Below are positions 13,118 through 18,845 of a DNA stretch of 18,845 nt, piece by piece (position 1 is the first letter of the stretch; each line of letters starts with the position of its first letter). Position numbers and translations under genes: made by a program. Location: IMG/VR virus record IMGVR_UViG_3300013383_000091; one strand, given 5' to 3'. The stretch is from a virus. The notes below the pieces were generated by a model. The model was not told the DNA's origin, ran no database searches, and worked only from the letters and a program-made list of their open reading frames with translations.

Positions 13118-13126
13118 ATTCTACCA
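13118..13126 (-). promoter_or_regulatory. Candidate late promoter (extended -10 TGGTAGAAT)
   Basis: The minus strand reads AATGGTAGAATCAG, located between the post-polymerase terminator and the scaffold RBS. No clear -35. Confidence 0.35.
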
Positions 13127-13136
13127 TTCGAGCATG

Positions 13137-13163
13137 AAAAAGGCCGCACAATCACGTGCGGCC
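13137..13163 (-). terminator. Rho-independent terminator ending the early/replication operon
   Basis: GGCCGCAC / GTGCGGCC forms an 8-bp GC-rich stem (13142..13149 / 13156..13163) with a 6-nt loop. UUUUU (13137..13141) follows on the minus strand. Confidence 0.75.
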
Positions 13164-13306
13164 AAAACTGTCTTATGAGAGTGCGGGTTGATGCCGTAAG
13201 GCCGGCATACCACATGCACGAAATGTCACGATGGGCGGCGTTTTCAGCCGTGGTTGTCCCGTCGCGTTTCTCCTAGTCGGCTATCGGCACTCCGAAGACA
13301 CGCATA

Positions 13307-14767
13307 TTATAGCATGACGGGTGTACCGTAATCGTCCATGACCTCCACGCCATGACGGAATTGATCGTAGGGGATGGGACGCCGGAAGAGGTTGCCGGCC
13401 ATGACCACATCCACGCCGCCGTCAGTCCGCCACCCTTGATAGCGGTTCAGGGCGAGTATGGTCACTTTGTCATATTCGGCGCTGATCTTCCATTTCCCTA
13501 ATTCTGTCGGATGCAATGCGCACGCCTTGGGCGGTTCATGGCCTAAAAGTATGCACCCGTCCGTGTTCGCATATATCAGTCGGCCGGCGTTCGCTCGGCA
13601 TACGCCGATCAGTCGGCGGCGGGCGTAGGCGTTGACCCACATTGGCACTGGGAGATAGTCGGTTTTTAGGGTTGATTCGTCGCGTGTGGCGGGAGCCCAT
13701 TCCAAGGTTTTCCCGTCCGTGCTTTTTGGCATGAGCACCGCGCCTTTGGGGAGTGCGGCCATTTTGCCTACAAGAGCGTTCATGATGAGTTTCGCCATTT
13801 GACGCCTGTTGCCTGTCTCGCGCTGTTTTCGGGTGCCCCATTCGTCCACAAAGCCGGTGAAAAAGCCTTTGGACTGGCGGAATTTCCACCCGCCAAGACG
13901 GCGATAGATCGACACGTCGTAATTCTCTTCAAGCAATCTTTGGTCGATGTCGGTGAGCGTCATGGTGATGTATCCGTGCGTGCTGGTTAGTCGGGTCGCG
14001 CCACGTGTCAAGGTGTGCCCGTCGCTCAAAAAGGGGTAGCCGTCCGGCTTGAGGTCGGCACGGAAGGTCATGGTATCCGCGTGCAATGGCATGTCACTGT
14101 CAGGCTTGTATTCGCCGTCATAATGTTCCGGTGTCCCGTATGGTAAAAATTCGTCTCGTAGTATGGATGGGTACATGCTGTTGCAATCGATGTCGATGGC
14201 TGCACCCCAATGCCCTTCCTTGGCGGTCATGAAGCCGCCGATATATCCGCCGTGCAGCGTCTTTTTCGTCTCGGATTCGAGCTGGGGGAAGCGGCTTAGG
14301 TACCATGGGTAATCGCCGCCGTGATAGGCGCTCATGCTTGCCGCGCCGGCCGTGATCTTCGCCAGTCCCGCGTGTTCGTACATGCGTAGGATGTCCAAGA
14401 GTTGCGTGTCCGTGTTATCGTCTTCGTCCAAGGTGACGCGGTAGCCGTCCCTCAGCAGATTGGACACTTCATGGAATTTCAGCCAATTATCCTTGTCGAT
14501 CATGACGGAAAACATGAAGAAACGGCCGGTTTTCGACACTATCGCGTCCCAGCTCATGTAGGCGCGGTGCTGATTGTGGGGCATGTGCGCGGTCACGTGC
14601 GCCATGAAGCCCGACAGTACGCTTGGGTCGCTCACGTATACCATAGTCTTACCGCCTGTCGTGGCGTGCGCCAATAAGGCGGTGGGCGTCGTATCCGGCC
14701 ATATGGTGCGGTCGGTGAAGCGTATGATGTTGTCCGCGCACCATAGACCGATATGTTCTCGTGTCAT
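13307..14767 (-). CDS. Protein-primed family B DNA polymerase (phi29 gp2-like), compact and motif-divergent
   Basis: 486 aa from the ATG at 14767; the track TTG start is 3 codons upstream. Motif A is DIDCNSMYPS...LPYGTP. Motif B is KLIMNALVGK. Motif C is IYANTDG. The TPR1/TPR2-equivalent insertions align with remembered phi29 sequence. See the finding on exonuclease motifs. Confidence 0.93.
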   Translation of the reverse strand: MTREHIGLWCADNIIRFTDRTIWPDTTPTALLAHATTGGKTMVYVSDPSVLSGFMAHVTAHMPHNQHRAYMSWDAIVSKTGRFFMFSVMIDKDNWLKFHEVSNLLRDGYRVTLDEDDNTDTQLLDILRMYEHAGLAKITAGAASMSAYHGGDYPWYLSRFPQLESETKKTLHGGYIGGFMTAKEGHWGAAIDIDCNSMYPSILRDEFLPYGTPEHYDGEYKPDSDMPLHADTMTFRADLKPDGYPFLSDGHTLTRGATRLTSTHGYITMTLTDIDQRLLEENYDVSIYRRLGGWKFRQSKGFFTGFVDEWGTRKQRETGNRRQMAKLIMNALVGKMAALPKGAVLMPKSTDGKTLEWAPATRDESTLKTDYLPVPMWVNAYARRRLIGVCRANAGRLIYANTDGCILLGHEPPKACALHPTELGKWKISAEYDKVTILALNRYQGWRTDGGVDVVMAGNLFRRPIPYDQFRHGVEVMDDYGTPVML

Positions 14768-14788
14768 GATTTGCAACCTTAGCCAATG

Positions 14789-15730
14789 TCAGGCGAGTTC
14801 CTTGGCGAGTTTCAGAAACCCCTCGAAACTCTGGCGTGCGCGTGCGTGCGCGGTGCTGTCCTGTCCGAAACGTGACGTGATTTTCCCGGTGGGTGATTCC
14901 ACCCAGTTGAAGACGGTTTGCGCCACGTCGGTTTGCTCGATCAGCGCGCGTTTCCGCGCCGTGGAGAGTTGGCGGAATCGCTTCAGTCGTTTGGAGCCTA
15001 CGGACGCGGCGATGGCCTTTTCGAATGCGGCGTAGCGGTTCGCTCTCATATATTTCGGCCACGTGCCCTGATCATAGGGTTGCCCACTGCGTCCCGTCTT
15101 GGTGGCGGTGGGCTCTCTGCCGACCTTGTGGCCGAGCATGGCCGCGGTTTCGCGGATGTCCCTGATCAATTCCTTGCGGTGGCCTGATTCCAGCTGGCTC
15201 ATGACATATGCCCTGTCCTGTAGTGTATTGGTCATGCGCAAAAAGTCGGTGAGCTTGCTGTCTGTGATCTGAGCGCTCTCGTAGGCGTCTCCGGTGGTGC
15301 CGGCCAATTCCGCTTGACGGCGTTCCAGAACACTTTGTTTCGGCAATGCCTGTACTTTGTTCCATTCCGCTATCTTCGCTTGCGCCGTCCTGATCTTACG
15401 CTGCTGTTGGCGCAACAGTTTGCGTCGTTTTGCCACGGGTTCGGCGGCGATCTGCTGATCGGTGATGGGGGCGCGACTGGCGAGCATCCTGTCTTTGCTT
15501 GTGGGCTTTTCGACGGCGCTTGGATGCCATTCGGTTTTTGCGGCCGTGTTGATGGCCTGTTGTTTCTGCTGTTCCCATTCGCGGCCGAGCGTGTTGGCGA
15601 TGTTGGCAAGCTGTTTGTCGGCGGTTTTCGCGAGATTGCCGGTGGAGTACACGCCAAGTTGCTTGATGTTGCGCGCCATGCGAGCCTGTGCGGCCTGTTT
15701 CGCCTTGACGTGCCGCTGTTTCTTCGCCAT
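14789..15730 (-). CDS. Putative terminal protein (replication primer)
   Basis: 313 aa, basic and Lys/Arg/Gln-rich. It lies immediately upstream of the polymerase gene, as TP genes do in phi29-like phages. RBS AAGGCGG lies 7 nt upstream. No motif was recognised, so function is inferred from position only. Confidence 0.6.
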   Translation of the reverse strand: MAKKQRHVKAKQAAQARMARNIKQLGVYSTGNLAKTADKQLANIANTLGREWEQQKQQAINTAAKTEWHPSAVEKPTSKDRMLASRAPITDQQIAAEPVAKRRKLLRQQQRKIRTAQAKIAEWNKVQALPKQSVLERRQAELAGTTGDAYESAQITDSKLTDFLRMTNTLQDRAYVMSQLESGHRKELIRDIRETAAMLGHKVGREPTATKTGRSGQPYDQGTWPKYMRANRYAAFEKAIAASVGSKRLKRFRQLSTARKRALIEQTDVAQTVFNWVESPTGKITSRFGQDSTAHARARQSFEGFLKLAKELA

Positions 15731-15751
15731 TGATTACCGCCTTGGAATATG

Positions 15752-15789
15752 AAAAACCCACCCCGCCACCGTAAGACGGTGGGGTGGGT
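15752..15789 (-). terminator. Imperfect GC-rich hairpin plus U5 between SSB-like and terminal protein genes
   Basis: The minus strand reads ACCCACCCCACCG-UCUUA-CGGUGGCGGGGUGGGU followed by UUUUUC. The stem has two small bulges. Confidence 0.55.
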
Positions 15790-15819
15790 GCAATGTGGGA
15801 AAGAACCGTTTTTAGTGTA

Positions 15820-16275
15820 TCACTTGGTCGGCTTCGCTTCGCCGTCGTTCTCGACGGGTTCGATACTGAAGAACTTGAAGCCGCGACGGGAGCGACGTTC
15901 CACGACCTTGATGGCGAGCGGTTCAGCCCACGTGTCGGGCGTGCCGAAAATGCCGAACATGGTGTTGAGTCCGGCCGCGAGGGTGGGGCTTGTGGCGGCG
16001 TAGGCGGTGCCGTCTTCGGACACAATGATCACGCGGACGGTGTTTGAAATTTCGCCCGTCTGATCGTCGGTGACCTGTACGGCCTGTGCGATGGCGTTGA
16101 CCATGTCGATCTGCTCGTTGAGGTGTTCGTCAAGCTTGACGGCGTTCTGGAGTGCCGCGTACAGCCTGATCTTGCCCTCACGGGTGGAAGTGTCGATGAA
16201 GTGCTGGACGGTGCCGAGCGTGGTGTTTTCGGTGTTGAAGGCCACGATCTCGGTGTTGGCGGTGTTGTTTTCCAT
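15820..16275 (-). CDS. Hypothetical early protein, possibly a phage SSB
   Basis: 151 aa from the ATG at 16275 (RBS GAAAGG 9 nt upstream). The pattern VRVIIVSEDGTAYAATSPTLAAGLNTMFGIFGTPDTW...IKVVERRSRRGFKFFSIE resembles the lactococcal/staphylococcal phage SSB family as I remember it. It sits upstream of TP and polymerase. The functional call is weak. Confidence 0.55.
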   Translation of the reverse strand: MENNTANTEIVAFNTENTTLGTVQHFIDTSTREGKIRLYAALQNAVKLDEHLNEQIDMVNAIAQAVQVTDDQTGEISNTVRVIIVSEDGTAYAATSPTLAAGLNTMFGIFGTPDTWAEPLAIKVVERRSRRGFKFFSIEPVENDGEAKPTK

Positions 16276-16334
16276 GATGTTCAACCTTTCTTAGTTGTTT
16301 GTTTCGAGCTTTTGCTCTAAAATTTTTTATAGTC

Positions 16335-16631
16335 TTACTCGTTGTTTTTTTCAAGCTCGGCGTGTCGCTTATGTTCACCCGGTTCCCACGGTTGCGGCGC
16401 GTCAAAAACCGCATTGCCGTAAAAATCTTTTTCCGACATGTGCACACGTTGGCTCATGATGTGGATGGTGCGCGGAATGAAGTTCGGCCACAGTTTCTTG
16501 GCGCGTGCGGCATAGGCTTCACGGCTGTTCATGCGGCCGTCCACGACATGTTTGCAGGCCATAAAATCGCCGTCCACAAGCTCCATGCCCTCTACGACGG
16601 CGTAGACGCGGGTTCTGACGATATCGGACAT
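16335..16631 (-). CDS. Hypothetical early protein (98 aa)
   Basis: ATG at 16631 with RBS AAGAGG 6 nt upstream. It follows the stop of the preceding gene closely. No similarity was recognised. Confidence 0.6.
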   Translation of the reverse strand: MSDIVRTRVYAVVEGMELVDGDFMACKHVVDGRMNSREAYAARAKKLWPNFIPRTIHIMSQRVHMSEKDFYGNAVFDAPQPWEPGEHKRHAELEKNNE

Positions 16632-16643
16632 TTGCAACCTCTT

Positions 16644-17303
16644 TCACTCGAATTTTTTCATACTATCTTCAGTATAGCGTTTTAAATCAAGCTTGTCAAA
16701 ATTTTTAAAAACCGCGGTTATGACATTCAGCGCCTTACGGGACGAAAACAACATGCAACAGTCATACGATTCCGCGCCCTTGACGGCGCACACGGCACAC
16801 CACGCCACAAGATTCGCCACATCGATATCACCGTCAAGAAACCCGATGTCATACGTGGCACTCAACGCGGGAGCCAGACTTGACTCAGGCTTCAAAGTCC
16901 GGCAAATACGGCACGCTTCAAGCACGCCACGGTTGAAATAGGCGTTATCCGCGCCACTGTACAATTCACACAACATGGTCACGGAACGACATAACGTCTC
17001 ATAATCGCCCTTGCCATAATCCAGATCGCGCACGCCGGCCACACGTTCCCAGCCCTTAAGCGCCTTCTGGACGCGCGACGTTTCCATGACGCCGTCATCG
17101 TACCGGCGCAAGCGTGGTATGGGCGTAAATTCATCCTCGCCAAGTGATTCGTCCCACAGATGCCCCATTGTCGTAAAACCTCTCTTCAATCCGATAGTAG
17201 GCGATACGCCGGCCAGTATCCAGATCAGCGTATCGCCATATGGTGCGCTCGGCTTCGCCATATGATTCGCCGTGGCCGATTTCAACAGGCTCTCGGCTAT
17301 CAC
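16644..17303 (-). CDS. Hypothetical early protein (Cys-rich, up to 219 aa; start uncertain)
   Basis: Long ORF with a codon-position GC pattern like other genes here. Candidate starts are GTG 17303 (no RBS), ATG 17261 (no RBS) and ATG 17168 (RBS AAGAGAGG 10 nt upstream). No similarity was recognised. Confidence 0.55.
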   Translation of the reverse strand: MIAESLLKSATANHMAKPSAPYGDTLIWILAGVSPTIGLKRGFTTMGHLWDESLGEDEFTPIPRLRRYDDGVMETSRVQKALKGWERVAGVRDLDYGKGDYETLCRSVTMLCELYSGADNAYFNRGVLEACRICRTLKPESSLAPALSATYDIGFLDGDIDVANLVAWCAVCAVKGAESYDCCMLFSSRKALNVITAVFKNFDKLDLKRYTEDSMKKFE

Positions 17304-17339
17304 ATGGTATGGCGAGCGCGGTAAAAACGGTGCGCATGG

Positions 17340-17549
17340 TCAGAATTCCAGACTGCTTTCATGTTCTTCGATCTTGGCGTCATGCCCCAGCACCCACGAT
17401 GTGTGCCACACGTCTTCACGTGGACACCGGTAGGGAGCGTAATAGCTGATACCGCGATACCCCGCCCAATAGGCTCGCAAAGTCCAGTACCGCGTGGCGC
17501 GATAGCAGTCACCGCACCACCAAGAGTGCACCCAGTCCCAAAAATACAT
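17340..17549 (-). CDS. Hypothetical Trp/Tyr-rich early protein (69 aa)
   Basis: ATG at 17549 with GAAGGTGA upstream, overlapping the previous stop. Third-position GC is about 65 percent, as in confident genes. 7 Trp, 8 Tyr, and CGDC...RCP. The track TTG start at 17564 is less likely. Confidence 0.5.
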   Translation of the reverse strand: MYFWDWVHSWWCGDCYRATRYWTLRAYWAGYRGISYYAPYRCPREDVWHTSWVLGHDAKIEEHESSLEF

Positions 17550-17560
17550 GTGCTTCACCT

Positions 17561-17791
17561 TCAATCCCTTGCATCCAATGGCGTCCTAGCCAAGGCGTAG
17601 GCGTCAGACAGCATGATACCCAGCTCATCCGGCATGACGTCCGAATAGCATACCATACCGTCAAGCATATTGCCGTCATCCTTAATATTGTACTCCATGC
17701 GATAAGTGCGGGAATGAGGGCAATACCACATTTCGATCTTTCCGTGCTTGAATCTGGACGGGAACACCGCCACCATGTAATCATCCAACAT
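17561..17791 (-). CDS. Hypothetical early protein (76 aa)
   Basis: ATG at 17791 with RBS GGGAAGAGG 6 nt upstream. It is coupled to the previous gene (TGAAATG). Third-position GC is about 66 percent. Confidence 0.6.
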   Translation of the reverse strand: MLDDYMVAVFPSRFKHGKIEMWYCPHSRTYRMEYNIKDDGNMLDGMVCYSDVMPDELGIMLSDAYALARTPLDARD

Positions 17792-17792
17792 T

Positions 17793-18038
17793 TCAAACCT
17801 CTTCCCTAAAAGGGCTGTCCGCCCATTGCCGGGCGAATTTCAACATATCCATTGCATCAATGATCTTCATACCATCGTCAATGGCAAAGGCGTCGCATAT
17901 CCACGTCCAAGTCCAGCCGTCGATACACACCCAGAATTTGTAGTGCGGTATATCGCCGCCACGGTAGGCGTACCGGTATCGATAGGGGTAGCCGGTACGC
18001 CGATCATAGCGGGTAAAGCGCCCCATGCGCGGCGTCAT
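17793..18038 (-). CDS. Hypothetical Arg/Tyr/Trp-rich early protein (81 aa) whose first 4 codons lie inside the right ITR
   Basis: The ATG at 18038 overlaps the stop of the ITR gene (ATGA). The N-terminus is RFTRYDRRTGYPYRYRYAYRGGD. Only a truncated 20-codon version exists at the left end. Confidence 0.6.
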   Translation of the reverse strand: MTPRMGRFTRYDRRTGYPYRYRYAYRGGDIPHYKFWVCIDGWTWTWICDAFAIDDGMKIIDAMDMLKFARQWADSPFREEV

Positions 18039-18280
18039 ACGATACTCACCACACCCACGAGAAACGGCTTACCAACCTCTTCCTCGCAGAACTTCGCACG
18101 ATTCAGCTCAATGGTATGATGCGGGTAGCGAGTCTGAGCCACGTCGATAATGCCCTTCAACATTCTCGCAAGCGGCTGAACACCGTCCAGCGAAACATCG
18201 ACATCATCCCCCGCATTGAACATTTCAAGCCTATAGCCGTCATTCCAAATGATAAAGCGAGCCACATTCTTCGTTGCCAT
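18035..18280 (-). CDS. Hypothetical 81-aa early protein (ITR copy 2)
   Basis: Mirror image of 566..811; identical translation. Confidence 0.7.
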   Translation of the reverse strand: MATKNVARFIIWNDGYRLEMFNAGDDVDVSLDGVQPLARMLKGIIDVAQTRYPHHTIELNRAKFCEEEVGKPFLVGVVSIV

Positions 18281-18296
18281 GATATGATCCTCTCTT

Positions 18297-18494
18297 TCAG
18301 CGAGCAGATTGTGCCACGATATCCGTGAATTCATCGGACGGGACGCCATCATAGCCGTCAACGCCGTAAGTGTCCACGTAGTCCACAAGGTCGGATGCCG
18401 CCTGATCGATGCAATAGTCGGAAACGTCCATGCCGCTGTTGGTGATGTAGTTTTCGACGTAATCCCTAGCGGTAGCCATATTGATATTCAGCAT
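18297..18494 (-). CDS. Hypothetical very acidic 65-aa early protein (ITR copy 2)
   Basis: Mirror image of 352..549; identical translation. Confidence 0.7.
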   Translation of the reverse strand: MLNINMATARDYVENYITNSGMDVSDYCIDQAASDLVDYVDTYGVDGYDGVPSDEFTDIVAQSAR

Positions 18495-18541
18495 TGTGCA
18501 ACCTTCCCTAACTTCGCCAGCAACCTTTGCTGACATAAATA

Positions 18542-18570
18542 AATATACAACAAACTTAGAAACAAAACAA
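18542..18570 (-). promoter_or_regulatory. Candidate early promoter of the right ITR, likely driving the whole early operon
   Basis: Mirror of 276..304 (TTGTTT-17-TATATT). Confidence 0.4.
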
Positions 18571-18611
18571 GCGCGACACGCCGAAAAAAGAGAACGAATA
18601 TTCCCGAAACA

Positions 18612-18657
18612 AGGCTAATGGTCATTAGCCTATATGACCTACGGTTACGTAACCGTA
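18612..18657. promoter_or_regulatory. Right-ITR copies of the two palindromes
   Basis: AGGCTAATGGTCATTAGCCT (18612..18631) and TACGGTTACGTAACCGTA (18640..18657), mirroring 189..234. Confidence 0.4.
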
Positions 18658-18845
18658 ACAAAAAAAATACGGCAATTTTTTTAAACACGCCGTGCGGAAA
18701 ATAAAAAACGTGGTATCATAATAAATAGAAAACAAAGGAGATAACAAAATGATTAGAACCAAAAAAAACAACAAAAAGCAAAAAACAAAAAACACAAATA
18801 AAAAACAGATTGGGAAAAAATTCCCAAACGCCCATGCCTCCCACC

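Larger units (their letters stand above)
18026..18845. repeat. Right inverted terminal repeat (ITR)
   Basis: Exact reverse complement of 1..820. Confidence 0.93.

Noticed and set aside
13000-13215. 71-aa minus-strand ORF in the polymerase-scaffold spacer
   Set aside because: It reads straight through the rho-independent terminator, the candidate late promoter and the scaffold RBS and start. It has no RBS of its own.
15396-16025. 209-aa Pro/Arg/Ser/Thr-rich minus-strand ORF spanning the SSB-like/terminal protein junction
   Set aside because: It crosses the terminator hairpin and the intergenic region, overlaps two better-supported genes out of frame, and has alternate-frame composition.
17131-17303. 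Programmed +1 frameshift joining the 68-aa ORF to the 219-aa ORF
   Set aside because: The frames are +1 relative to each other, but I see no recognisable slippery or shifty-stop motif in the overlap. Ordinary alternative start choice explains the data more simply.
1-18845. Lysogeny module, tRNAs, rRNA, transposase/IS elements, toxin-antitoxin or known defence/anti-defence gene signatures
   Set aside because: No integrase, recombinase or repressor-like ORF, cloverleaf-like RNA gene, or IS-type terminal repeat with transposase could be recognised. Every sizeable ORF is accounted for by the phage replication, morphogenesis and lysis modules or by small orphan early genes.

Overview
The window looks like a complete linear dsDNA genome (18,845 bp) of a phi29-like, protein-primed podophage. 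It is bounded by perfect 820-bp inverted terminal repeats (ITRs; 1..820 is the reverse complement of 18026..18845). Every gene except the two left-ITR copies is on the minus strand, so transcription runs from the right end to the left. The order is: ITR early genes, a chain of small early ORFs, an SSB-like protein, a putative terminal protein, and a family-B protein-primed DNA polymerase. A terminator and candidate late promoter follow, then scaffold, major capsid protein (phi29 gp8-like with Ig-like C-terminus), tail knob (gp9-like), portal (gp10-like) and lower collar. Next come a coiled-coil fibre protein, a 54-aa mini-ORF, a tail appendage with a tandem-repeat stalk and SGNH esterase, and a tail lysin (CHAP plus gp13-like lysozyme). 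The left end carries the packaging ATPase (gp16-like), holin, a small membrane protein and a CHAP-SH3 endolysin. The late module is syntenic with phi29. The GC-rich core, CHAP/SH3 lysins and unidirectional layout suggest a Gram-positive, possibly actinobacterial, host; this is inference only. I saw no integrase, repressor, tRNA or CRISPR, so it is probably virulent. The points most worth follow-up are listed here. (1) The unusually long gene-carrying ITRs duplicate a promoter, a very acidic 65-aa protein and an 81-aa protein. (2) The polymerase lacks a DxE ExoI motif and deviates in motif B, motif C and KxY. (3) A structured roughly 100-nt intergenic element sits just upstream of the packaging ATPase. 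(4) An untracked 54-aa ORF copies the N-terminal motif of the tail fibre. (5) A 14-bp perfect hairpin buries the SD-less start codon of the tail lysin. (6) The early block of W/Y/R/C-rich orphan proteins has no assignable function. All similarity statements come from reading the translations and from remembered phi29 sequences. No searches were run.
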